DNA from: Catajapyx aquilonaris
Taxonomy: Eukaryota
Assembly: GCA_000934665.2 (NCBI GenBank)
Contig: KZ538759.1
Location: forward strand, 1 to 49,345
Direction: 5' to 3'
DNA: 49,345 nt
Part shown: piece after piece, positions 1 to 11,800 of the stretch
Numbering within the stretch: position 1 is the first letter of the stretch
How the letters are laid out: each line of letters opens with the position of its first letter
The notes under the pieces: model-generated
Databases searched by the model: none
What the model saw: the letters and a program-made list of their open reading frames with translations, nothing else
Told to the model about the DNA's origin: nothing
Program-made: the position numbers and the translations under genes

Positions 1-111
1 GAAAATGTTCAACTTTTTCCCCTTTTCTTGTATCTGGGCATGCGCAGTTGGCTCCTCGCGGCTCCTCGTATGCGAGAATCTCGTACGTGGATACCGGCCT
101 TAATATATTAA

Positions 112-619
112 GGGGGTGCATTAGCAAAAAAATACAGTAACAATCGGTAACAATGCGAGCCCTTGGCGACCACGTAAACAAACTCGCGTATGCATGGACA
201 GGGGGATGGGGATTCGACATGTCTACGCTTCTGCGGCCGTACGGCTGCAAAAATGGAGCAATGGACACAAAAATTACACCAAAAAATAGGACATGATCTG
301 ACGCAGTGCACTTTCATCGTCATTTTACCATTTTCGGCCTAGAAGTGACCTGTTCATCGAGTTGAAGTGAAAGGAAAATGGCGTTCCCGAGAAGCCCATT
401 TGAATAACATGGCGGCAGGAACGCGACAAAGTCGGGAACTCTTCTGCGGCCATATGTCTACAATTTTAATGCAATCATATCGAGTATGGTACCATAGTAA
501 AGGCCAAACCTTTGCGCAGGACACCTTCGTCGTGATTTTTCCGATTAACGGTGTGTTTCGCCACAAAAAATAAAATTCCCTCAAAAATGTGCCTATCGTA
601 TTTTTACTAATGCCCCCCC
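112..619. mobile_element. Kolobok-like MITE (TTAA TSD), copy 1
   Basis: TTAA|GGGGGTGCATTAGCAAAAAAATAC ... GTATTTTTACTAATGCCCCCCC|TTAA. A TTAA TSD with purine-purine termini is characteristic of Kolobok. Its body aligns by eye with 10741-11230. Confidence 0.75.
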
Positions 620-1139
620 TTAACACTTACATGAACGGAAGTTCATCAAATATCCTGTGACCAAATATAAGCTCAATAAATAGGTCAGTTTCAACTTCAT
701 TCAGAGTAGTCCCAAAACAGTGGAACATCTGTCACATTTTTTGCACAGTGGGGCATAGCATAACCAAAAATGCCTTAGCACCAAAAAACCCAAATGTTGG
801 TCCAGTTACTGGTGAGCTATTTTATTTAGCAACGTAAACTCGTAGATCACAGCTGGGTGATTGTGATAGCTTAATACCTTAGCCAGTAGGTGATAACATG
901 CATTCATTATGCTCCCTTTATAAACCAAAAGAAAATTGAAATACGCCCTTGAAATAGCCGCCAAATTAGGAAATCAGAAGGCGAAGGCGGTACGGCCGCC
1001 GCAGGCGAAACTTTTTGGGTTCAAGGTCACACAAGCTACTGAGAGATTTGAATGGGTATAACTTATTGAGGAATTCCTTTTTCTCCCTACCTCGTCGCGC
1101 AGCACAGTATGTTTGGGAACCTCTGATTTAAAACATCAA

Positions 1140-2095
1140 TTTTACAAAGGTACCTTTCGGGCTTTGCGTTGTGCAAAATCATCAATAACATCACTGAAAT
1201 CAATTTCTCTCATAAGATCGGACTCGATGCTCATAAGTCAAAGATATATATAAATTAAAATTTCATGAGTCATCGTATAGTACTGGGCCTGCTTTTTATG
1301 AATTTTAATATAGAAAATGATCGTTCACAAGAGCAGTTAGTAACCATTAATGTGAGGTAAATTCTTAATGCAATCGCTACATTCGGAAATGTACATTGAA
1401 CATTCTTATCATGTAATAACTGGAGCAAAAACTGTTCCCGCAGTTGAGGCAACTGTCGTCTTCTTTCTCACTGAAACATTTGGCACATTCAGCAAACTGG
1501 ACCACCTCATAGCCCAACTAAGTCTCCAAGTCATCTCTGTAACTCTTGACAGGCTCATCTGCATCTGACCTGATCTGTTCTCCAAATTTAAGGAGTCTAG
1601 TTTGCATAGGAAATCGAAACGAGAACATAATATTTCGTATGATGAACCTCGTCTTTCCAAAGCCGTCGAAAATTGGTCGATCACGGGAAGGAAACTCTTT
1701 ATTCTGAACTTGTCTGAGTTGGACATTTTCACTTCCGCATCTAATGAAGAACTGCAATGTTGATCATTTAAATGCACATTTCGTTTTCGCTCACGCCGCG
1801 CCGCTTCACGTACTCTGTGCCTGTGGTACCAGACAGCTCGTCTGCTCCTATAGTCTTTCGTACTCTTGGAAAGAGTTAGTTGTAACGCTTTGAGTCTACA
1901 AAAGTTCTAAGTGATTTCAGCAGACACAGTCATGTCAACTGAATATACTTGAGTGAAAAAAATATGACCGAACTCTCTCACTGCATAGGCAGCATGGCGT
2001 TTGTTTCATTTTGGCTGTTGTGCATGGTGGGGGCCCCATTTTGGTAGGGGCCCTGGTGCAGTTGCACTCTTCGCACATGCCTAAATCCGGCACTG
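1140..2095 (-). pseudogene. hAT transposase remnant (C-terminal dimerisation domain, ZMYM1-like) with one terminal end
   Basis: Minus-strand frames read KFRIKSFLPVIDQFSTALERR and TFPNVAIALRIYLTLMVTNCSCERSFSILKFIK (hATC signature), frameshifted. The hAT-type terminus CAGTGCCGGATTTAGG lies at 2095 on the minus strand. Confidence 0.85.
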
Positions 2096-2113
2096 GGTGA
2101 TGACATTGACATA

Positions 2114-2816
2114 CGAGGGCTAGTCGGAAAGTATGATTCGCGATGCTACAGTTTCGACGCCATACGGCAGACATGGTAAAAATGAGCATGGTCAGATACG
2201 TTGGTACTGCCTCTGTTTTAGAGGACGGATAGGTGCCTTCTTGCAACTTATGCGCAGGCACGGTTGGACAAGACCAAGTGGCGAGCTGAGCGTGCCCACC
2301 CACATTCGGCCAGGAAAAGTCATGCCAGACAGAGAGTGTTGATCACATGAACTAAGGCAGAAGTGAGGGCAGATATTTTATACCAGTGGTCAACATTTGA
2401 CATATGACATGACATTCATCGCTGGCTAGTGAAGTGTATGGTCCGGAGATGTCATGTCTGAGCAAATGGTGCGCCGATATGGTGCCAGCAATTTCAGAAT
2501 AAGCTCACAAGTGTAAAGGACAACCAGAGACCTGGACTACCGGCCACGGCGATTACCGACAGTGTCCTCAAGTGTCCTAACTTCTTTCTCAGTCCATGTG
2601 ACCAACACTCTTTGTCTGGCATGACATTTCCTGATGGAATGTGGGTGGGCAAGCTTGGCTCGCCACTTGGTCTCGTCCAACAGCTGCCGTGTCTGCGCAT
2701 AAGTTGCAAGAAGGCATCTATCACTCCTCTAAACTAGAGGAAGGACCGACCGACGTGTCTGCCCATGCTCGTTTTTACCATGTCTGTCGCATGGCGTCGA
2801 AACTGACTATCCCTCG
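2114..2816 (+). mobile_element. Older mariner-derived element with ~250-bp diverged inverted arms
   Basis: TA|CGAGGG ... CCCTCG|TA. 2114-~2370 is an imperfect inverted copy of ~2575-2816. The centre holds decayed mariner HTH codons (EVYGP..MSEQMVRR..QQFQN..SVKDNQRPG). Confidence 0.75.
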
Positions 2817-3894
2817 TATCATCTTCCTCAGGACCCTCAATCTATAGGGATATTGTGCCTTTACAGTACATGTGCAGGCATTTAAAGTTGTGGGTTGACC
2901 TATTCTTGGGATGTATCATGATGTATGGTATAATGATAGCTCTCAGAAAGAATAACATGACATTGAATTTCACTTCACTGCAACATCATTTCATTCTTCA
3001 TGATACTGTAACACCATTCCAAAATCTGAAAAATTTTGAATTCTGATATGTATTTGTTTCCAAGGGTTTCGGGTAAAAGATTGTAAACCTGTGAGTGCTA
3101 ATTACGAAATTATATTTAAACTTCTGTCTCACTAGCCAAAAGCCTGTCTCTGCCAGGCCTCATTCAACACTAGAATGGAGTTCATTGAAGAGCCTTGCGC
3201 TCCTCAAACTGCATGTATCATTATCATGGCAAGTGTGATAGCAAGGTGATGTAAATCATGAAAGGTTCAGGCCCGTTTTCTCGAACAGTGTCAAATGTAA
3301 ACCAGGTTCAAAGCCGGTTTAATCCCAGTTCAGAGGAAATTAAACCAGCCTTGAACCGGGTTAACGTTTGAACCACTGTTTTGTGGCCCAACAATGAACG
3401 GGATATTTATGTAATTTTTTTCCTCTCCAGATCAACAAATATCTTCATTGCTGGACCACATGGAAACAATTTTTGTCCATCCTCATGTAAAAATAAAAGT
3501 TTCAGACAAGCTCTTTTCACCACCTGGCTTAAAAATTTGGGTATTTTAAAACTCAATACAGTAATCTTTTTAAACATGCTCTTTCAAATTGATAGTATCT
3601 GGTACCCTCTTAGGGCATTTGAATCTGGGTTTTATTTGTTATATTGCATGAATTTTTATGCGGAACAGTATGAAACTTGAGTGACAATTGAGGTGACTAG
3701 ATTTTTAAAATGGATAATAAGTGCTTAGAATCCTGTTTCTATGTCAAAACAGCAGATTTTTATTTCAATTTTAATTTTTTTAGATACCCCACTGCTAGGG
3801 CCGAAAGGCCCTCTTTGGGGGGTGGGAATACCACCGTATTTGGAACCATGTGTATAATTTACAATTATTTAGTTGATCCACGATTAGGGTAGGT

Positions 3895-4089
3895 AGGAAG
3901 GGATGTGCAAAGTGCAAGTGCAATGTCGTTGCTTGGTCATTTTGTGAACTCCACCGGGTGGATTAGTCTAGCGGAAATTTCCACCAGAGACAAAGCCAGA
4001 GATGGCCCAACTCTGCACGAGATGAAGGGGAGAACCCCAGACCTTAACATCCGTGGGCATGTGCGTTACCACAGCACCACTCCCCTCCC
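3895..4089 (-). mobile_element. tRNA-derived SINE, third family, copy 2
   Basis: The reverse complement reads GGGAGGGGAGTGGTGCTGTGGTAACG...GCCCACGGATGTTAAGGTC...CCCCTTCATCTCGTGCAGAGTT...CCACCCGGTGGAGTTCAC...TTGCACTTGCAC and aligns by eye with 14260-14498. Confidence 0.75.
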
Positions 4090-4130
4090 TTCATGACAGC
4101 AGATATAAAATGACAATACTCAGATTAATG

Positions 4131-4241
4131 TAAGGGATTTCCCCCCTCCGAAGTGACTTCTTTGGAAATCAGCCAACATAAGTGTTCCAAGAAATCCTGG
4201 CTGCTGTATCCAAATATACAGGTCAGGGGGGAATCCCCTTA
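4131..4241. repeat. Short inverted-repeat element (mini-MITE)
   Basis: TAAGGGATTTCCCCCC ... GGGGGGAATCCCCTTA. Confidence 0.45.
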
Positions 4242-4738
4242 TGCCTATTTTATGGATCAGAAAGGAGGGCTCCTCACAGTTCAACCAATCATCAAATAAG
4301 CATCAATAAGCATGAGCTGTGAAGACCACTCACTGTATCTTATACCACTATCCACCCTGAACAAAATAATATACCATGAGATGTTATAAAGATTAATTGC
4401 TCACTGTTGACACTTGACAGTGCAATTAGGGTACCAGATCTGAATCAGGTTTATCCTGAAGGTTAGGCCACCCACACTACCCTGCAGAGACCAAACTGCC
4501 GCCTTCCACCTGATCCACCTCGCCCTTCAAAGATGTTTCCAAACCAGGCAATCATAACATTGACCTTCACTTCCTATCCACATTCTATGAAGTTTTTAAT
4601 GCCTGCAAAGGGGGTCAATCATTAATGTTCAATGTAATTTCTTCCCGTGTACCATTCCAAATAAGTATTTCAGAGCAATTTAATTGAATGCAATTGAGTA
4701 GCTGAATCAGTTTGGCCTAATATTAGCACTTTGCCTAA

Positions 4739-5016
4739 GGGGTCGTGCAAATACCACGTGACTGTTTTTTTTTTTTTTTTTTGGGGGGGGGGGGNACAGA
4801 TGCACATTGGGTTCAAAATAACCTCAAATTCGAAATCAGCGAACCCGAAAACATGGGAGACATGTTTTTTATGTGCTTCAGTTTAGTTGAGGAGCTATCA
4901 TTTTCGATAACTTTTTTTCTGATAACATTTACATTTTTTAAAAAACCACGTGAAGAGGGGGGGGGGGGTGTCAAGAAAGTGGCCTAAAATCAGTCACACG
5001 GTATTTGCACAGCCCC
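4739..5016. mobile_element. PIF/Harbinger-like MITE
   Basis: TAA|GGGGTCGTGCAAATACCACGTGACTG ... CAGTCACACGGTATTTGCACAGCCCC|TAA (3-bp TAA TSD). Confidence 0.8.
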
Positions 5017-5088
5017 TAATCTATTTTTGATCACCTCTAAAATGTAACCATTCCAAAGTAACTTATTAAAAATAAGCAATTAGTGTAA

Positions 5089-5329
5089 TAATAATGGATA
5101 CCCCGTGATAGGGGATCATCTTTTGAATAACCGATTTTAATCATTTGCCTGTAATGTGATGGATTTTGATAGTGGAGGAAACGGGAGAACCCCGAGAAAA
5201 CCCACGCGAACACGGAGAGAACCCATCGAAACTCTTTCCACATAAGTATCCTCCGTCCGACCCAGGGATCGAACTCGGGAAGGTGGAAGGCTGCGGTGCT
5301 AACCGCTTGGCCACCGTGTCGCCCAATAT
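5089..5329 (-). mobile_element. tRNA-derived SINE with a V-domain-like core
   Basis: Minus strand: A box TGGCCAAGCGG, B box AGTTCGATCCC, core GTTCTCTCCGTGTTCGCGTGGGTTTTCTCGGGGTTCTCCCGTTTCCTCCAC and a (TTA)n tail. 13-bp TSD GCAATTAGTGTAA (5076-5088 and 5330-5342). Confidence 0.85.
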
Positions 5330-5967
5330 GCAATTAGTGTAAAGGAATTGCTAACTAAAAGGGACATTTCTATTTTAACACCCTGTAGATTTGAATTATT
5401 TATTACTGCAAAGGACATCAGTAATTTCTAGAGTTCATTACACAAGACGTGTAGGAGGAAAGGTAGTCAACCTGACACAATCCTATGGAAAAATTGGCAT
5501 TCACGCAACAGGAGAGAGAGCCAAGACCATTTTGTGATGTAACCCAAATGTGTGTTATAAAGCTTCCCTCTTTTTTGTGGTACAAATTGCTGCCTTGAAG
5601 GCCTGCCATAAGCTCAGTAACCTTGTGTCAAGGAAACTGGGACTTGAGCCAGGATAAGATAGTCATGGGGAAGAATCTGAGAAATAACAAGACTGTAAGT
5701 GTGACTCACGTGTATTTTATTTTTATTCTTTTTCTCACCCACCACCCACTCACTCTGCCAATGGACAGACAAGAAGGAGAGGGGGAGCTTTAATTACATG
5801 TGGTCGAACTAAAAATAGCCAGGAAAAGGCCCTCCCTAACGTCATCTCACAGTCTGACGCTTTCCCCCAACTTGGCCACAGCCTGGCGAAAGGCAGGCGG
5901 TTAAAAAACATTCCTTTACATTCCGTTAAGGAGTACATTAGGGTGAAACAGCCAGTGGACGAGCGCT

Positions 5968-6869
5968 ATGGTAGAGAACGTATACACAACTGTGTACAAC
6001 TTTGGATCTGAAACTACCAGTGTTAGGATCAGGATACGAGAAAGGAGAGGTAGTTGGACTTTTGGGGATAGTGGTGAGAGCCCAGATGATGGTGGCAATC
6101 TCTTTCAAGATAGGCGTAGTGCTCTGGGAAGTGACAAGATTTCTTTTGGTGATGCCAACGGTGGCAGTGGCTGGAGACAGAGAGAGTGCAACTTTGTGAC
6201 AACGAGGACTAAGTTTTTCTCATCAAGTTATGAGTTTGAGAGTGTGCGAAAGAGTGAGTTTCATTATGGGAGAAAGAATTGTGCTAGGAGATGTTGTGGC
6301 GACGATTTTGGACTTCCTAAGGATTATTACTACTGTTCTATGCCAGATTCTCAATGTTGGCCTCGCCAAGCCAGAAATGAACACAGGCACATGCAGGAAC
6401 ATTCAGCCAAGGTGCATTCAGAAAGTGGAAGTTCATTGCATGACTTGGGAGGCAGAGATGAGAAATTGGATAGTTTATGTCATGACCATACACTTGAAGG
6501 TCAAGATGAGCATACCTTCCAAAGTGAACCATGCGAAGCGTTTTATTCAAAAAGTGGAAGTGCCAAGGAAGGTGAACAGAATATCTCCAAAGTGAATTGT
6601 TCGATAATAATGAGCCAGGACTATGCAACTGCTCCTAAGTCAGAGGATATAAATCCTGAAATGATAGATGCCATGTTCCGCAGAGTGAGAGGACTTGACA
6701 GCAAGTACAAAATTGCCAGGGAAGACCTACACACGAAGTGCATGGATGAGAACAGTTATTCAGGAGAACGTCAAAAGGCTTCAAAAAATGGGAGGTTCAG
6801 GGTGGGATGTGAGTTCTGGTTGGAATCACCTGTGCATTTGGGGAACCAAATAGATTTTGCAGCAGTCAG
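5968..6869 (+). CDS. Candidate long first coding exon of DNAJC7 (~300 codons, S/G/D/E-rich, no recognisable domain)
   Basis: The 301-aa ORF 5968-6873 ends at CAG|GTAACA (donor GT at 6870). Its phase-2 end (AG) joins the phase-2 start (A) of exon 8878 to give AGA (Arg), in frame with the first TPR. No transcript evidence is available. Confidence 0.5.
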
Positions 6870-7567
6870 GTAACAGTACACGAAAGATTCGGACTATTAG
6901 TATGTTTCTATAGTTATGACCATCACAAATTAGAGGTCATTGCAGTATTGGATTGAACAAATTTCAAGTGTGGTTTGTGTCAAGGATTGATGATAGTTGT
7001 CTGAACAGACATTGCAAGCATGTGATTGGTATATTATCTGCTTAAGTTGAGATTCCAGAACTAGAGGAGGATCAAGTGTCATTTCCAAATGGGGATTATT
7101 CTAATGTTATCAACCTTATGCAAGACTTGTTTCATTTGTGGTGTTCATTTACAATTTTCTCAAATTTTACTATAATAGCAATTTCAAACTGACTAGTTTT
7201 TCATGCAGCAACTAACAAAGGATCACGTAAAAAAAGTTTAGTTATAAGCAGCCCATTCAATAGTATTGGTAATTCCAAATCAGTTAAGTTGCTTGTTGTG
7301 GTAGCTTTATGGGGCAGCTTGACACAGAATGTTCTTGATCAAATGTTCAAAGATGTAGTGCCCCAAGATTTTGTGATTTGGTATGAAGATTTATTTGTCA
7401 GCCATATCCATTTATTGCAACAGTAATCACACTTTGGTACTGACATCATTACCCCTGAATTGTTAGTTAAATATCTGAAAATAATTTTTGCAATTGTGAC
7501 ATCTGTACCAAAGTTATATTAGTGCTACAGTGGAAAGTGCTAATTTTGTTGTACAGTGTTGGTCATC

Positions 7568-7702
7568 AATCGCATTGTACTGCAGCTAGCAACATTTTCC
7601 GAAGCGGCAGAAGAAGGAACCTTGCTCACACGGGTTTTGCTCCATTGCTTCGATTCGTTTTTCTGCCTCTTTGGAAAATGTCGCTAGCAGTACGACACGA
7701 TT
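7568..7702. repeat. Imperfect hairpin, MITE-like inverted repeat
   Basis: GTACTGCAGCTAGCAACATTTTCCGAAGCGGCAGAA matches the reverse-complemented right arm GTACTGCTAGCGACATTTTCCAAAGAGGCAGAA. Confidence 0.55.
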
Positions 7703-8431
7703 AATGTCCAACATTGTACATCCTTTCCATGCCCATGCATGCATGTGCACATCCACACATCCACAGGGTGTTCCAATTGAAATGATCTGAGTGGTTAGGC
7801 AGTAAGCTGCTTGTATTTAATAAGTAACATGTAGTGGTTAGAGATCCGAAGTTTTGGCTGTTAATATTAGGCCAAATTGAATCATCTTTCAAAGCTGTGA
7901 ATTGCAGTTAATTTCTCTTGTGGAATGGCTTAATGGAACAATTGGCATAGAATGTAGATGACATAATCCATTTTTGAAGACCAGTCTGCCTTTGCTGGCT
8001 GTAAATAAGATGGCTATACACAACCTCATATTAACACTTAATACTCATGGTAACCTTTCAAATAAGCATACAAAAGTTACTGCTTAAAACAAGCTGTTCG
8101 TTGCCAAAAATTGCAAACCTCGGAGATAATTTTGATGGGGCATGTACTTTTTATTATTTACAATTTTGGAGACTTGTATTGTGTGCTGAGTCATTGGGCC
8201 ATGCCTGATCATCACTGGAGTGCAGCCCTGGCCAGCGTGCAAAAAGCCAATATTAGACATTGCATTTGCATCTGAACATGCTCTACTCAAGTTAGCAGTT
8301 CTCTGGTGTTATATAAATGGCAATATTGTGATGGGCCAAGACAGATGCTTGTTCCCATAAACAGAAGTGATGTACTCCACAATCTATTCTAAAAATTCTT
8401 TTTACTTGGGGAAGGGGGAAAAATCAAATGT

Positions 8432-8579
8432 TAATGTACGGAAAACGAGAGAATGATGGGACTTCATCGTTTCTTCCATTGTTGCTCTTTGTTGACACTG
8501 TTCACTCGTACTGTTCTGTGAGGGTGTTTCCATGGAAACTGTGATGACGTCAGATCGTTCTCTCATTTTCCGTACATTA
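8432..8579. repeat. Imperfect hairpin, MITE-like inverted repeat
   Basis: TAATGTACGGAAAACGAGAGAATGAT ... ATCGTTCTCTCATTTTCCGTACATTA. Confidence 0.6.
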
Positions 8580-8877
8580 GTTCACTTCTTAACACATTAA
8601 GCAGATATGAATGATAATATATACTTGTGCTTTGTGCATGAATGTAAAATATTTTTGTAACGTTAATTGCTGGGAGAAAGATGCATCTCATTGAAACTGG
8701 AGTGGTAATTTCAGTAATGATAATTTCCATTTGGCACTACTGCTCAGGTGAAATTCTTCAAGTGTTCCAAAATGTGATTAGGATTTGACCAGTTTTTGTA
8801 TAAGCTCGTAGCGCAGTTGTCATGATGGTGATGCTGGTTATTGTGTGATTTTTTGACGCAAGTTTTCTTTATCACAG

Positions 8878-11800
8878 ACAAGCTGAGTTGAGGAAGGAAG
8901 AAGGCAACAAGCTCTACAAAAAGAAAAACTACAAGCAAGCATTGGAGAAGTACACACAGGCTATTAGTAAGTAATGATTTATTTGCTGCTTGAACGTAAA
9001 GAAGCATGTGTTTTGTGGAGGTCCTATACATTTGGCACCTTTTCACAACAGTACCCTTGACTTGTTTCTCTTTCCCATTTTTGTGTGGGTGAGTAGTTTG
9101 TGCTCCCACTCAGCCAATCGTTCTACTTTTAACACGCCTTTTACTATTTTTATTTTTGTGCTATTCAGGCTTGAGCACCATACCATGGTTTAGGGGACAC
9201 CTAATTTTAGGAGATTGGAAAACAGGGAGATGTAGTTTTCAGGGGTAGTCAGCTCTTAAGTATGGTGCACTAGGTGTATGTTACAATAAGTAAGTTTAAG
9301 ATAGTAGCATAGCAGACAGATTCACGTTGTCATGTAAATTGTGTCACAAGCAACGAGACAACCAATAAAAGGCCACATGAAATGCCAAAATGCAAATATT
9401 TGTTGCAGTGGACCATAAATATCTAATAAGAGAGGACAAGTAATTTTTTATGTTGATGGTTCAGGGCCAGTTGTACTGTACTTGTTGAACTTCAGCCTCA
9501 ACTTTGGATTTGCTGCGTTTATCTCCTAGTTGGCAAAACTGGTAACCAACAATGCAATCCCATTACCTATGAGTGTGTTGCTAAACTCCGTGGCTGCCGC
9601 AGCGGAGGTAAACAAGCCGTCATTAAACTCAGCTGCTGTTGCAGCGACGGCAGCTGTTGAGCTCATTGTTGTTGATTGATTCGACACAGGTTGCTAGGCG
9701 AAGCCAGTGTCACATAGGGTGCCTTGTTTGATTTTTCCTGGCGAATGGTGGCCATCTTGGAATAACGGAACAAGGCAGCGAAAAAGGGGTTAAACTCAGC
9801 GAAGATTGACCAATCAGAGTACGTTGCTAAAAGCAGCAGTGCTGAGTGCTGACAGCCGGCCTTGGTGGACTAGTGGTTAGCGCGCTCGCCTCTGGTCCCA
9901 AGGTTGTGGGTTCGAACCCAGTCGAGGTCGGTGACTTTTCTCCGGGTGGTAGAAAAGTGAGAGTGCGCCTTCCTTCGGAGGGGAAGTAAAGCCGTCGGTC
10001 CCGTGTGCTTGTGACATTGCGCGAGTGCACGCTAAAGATCCCCAGAGTGGCCAAATTTTCTGGAGGAGGACCACCCCCTGGCGTCAGTGTTGAGCCTTAG
10101 AAGCAGAAATAGGCCGACGTTAAGCCCCACTGAACCAGTGCTGACAGCGGCTGCGGCAGCCGATGAGTTTAGCAACGCCCTCTATGTATCCAGACTTTAG
10201 AGCCTATAATACCATGCTGAACGTCCAATATTGTATACAGGGTGACTCTAAAGTCAGGATACATACAGTAGGTAATTGGGTGGAATGGTTGGTTTCCAGT
10301 TGTGCCAACTAGCAGATTGCTGTCAGCCAGTAAAGGAGGAATTGGTATGGTTGGCACTTGGAGTTGGCACTTCTGGCATTCAACAATGCAATTCAATTAC
10401 CGATGTATCATGACTTTAGAGTCACCCTGTATTATATGAGACAAACCAGTAAGACTAACTTTATTGGCAGTGAGAAAAAAACCTTCATTAGTGAGAAACA
10501 TGGTTTTTCTTGTGCTTAAAAATGGCTTCTCAGAACCCACACCTGCATTCATAGAAGTGTCAATTATTGTGGGGGACTCACATTGTCAATTTATTTGCAG
10601 AGTTAAATCCACTTGCTGTGTATTATGGCAACCGTGCTGCATGCTACATGGAACTTGCAAACTACAAGGAAGCCATGGATGATGCAAGAACTAGCACCCT
10701 GAAGGATGAGAACTTCGTGAGGGTGAGGTGCACTTTCCCCTTAATGCGGCGCATTAGCAAAAGTACGGAAACAATCTGGAGCCCTTGGAGATGACCTAAA
10801 CAAACTTGCTTATGCATTCGACATATCTACATTTCTACAGCCGCAAAAATGGTTCAATCGACACAGAAATTGCACCAAAAAATAGAACATGATCTGGCGC
10901 AGTGCACCGAGTTCGTCATTTTTCCATTTTCAGCGTAAAAGTGACCTTTACAGCAAGATGATGTTTGCGGAAAATGTCGTCTGCGAAAAGTCGATTTGAT
11001 AAACATGGCGGACGGAATCGCGTGAAAATCAGACACATTTCTGTGGCCACATGGCCACAATTCTAATGCAATCATGTCGAGTATTGTATCATTGTAAAGG
11101 CCAGACCTTCGCGCAGGGTGCCTAGTTCGTGTTTTTCCTGATTAACATTGCGTTTTGCCACAAAAAATATCCATTTGCACAAGTTTCCTCAAAAATGTGC
11201 CTACCGTATTTTTGCTAATGTGCTGCCTAGCAAGATACTAGCAGGTTTTCAGTAGGCCACATACGTCATGATGTGACTGATTGGGTATTTTAATATCATT
11301 GTATTATTACTGCCCATCCTCCTCTCTCTCTTCCCTGGGGTCAAACACCCCACCCTTAAAGGACCACTGTCCAAAAAATTAAACTTGAAGATGCATTTTT
11401 AAAACATCACACGACCTTTAAAAAACATGCTGACAAAAGTGAAATTTTTTTTAAGACTCGGAGCATAAAATATTAATTAATTTTTAAAGGGTTAAGCTGG
11501 CTGGGAGTAATATGAGTGCAGGTGACGTCAGGAGTAACCAATGGCAGCAATGAGGCATTGGTTACTTGCAGGTTTGTGACTTTTGTCACTTCACAGCCAT
11601 GCCTGATGCTTATTTGCTGTTGGATGTGACGGGATGCTTGCTGTCAGCAGCATTTTCAGGATCACATGCTCAAATATAAGTGTCTACAGCAATTTGAAAT
11701 TGTTGTATGTGAGGGCACCTGTTGGTTCGAAATAATAGTGGAGGCTTGCTCCAAAGCTGGACTTAGGCAATGACCCTTTTAGACATTTGAAGTGTCGATG

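Noticed and set aside
9855..9930. tRNA-like sequence with A and B boxes (also at 5260-5325 and 14260-14335)
   Set aside because: Each runs into a SINE body and tail, two have TSDs, and none forms a clean cloverleaf with a terminator. They are SINE heads, not tRNA genes.
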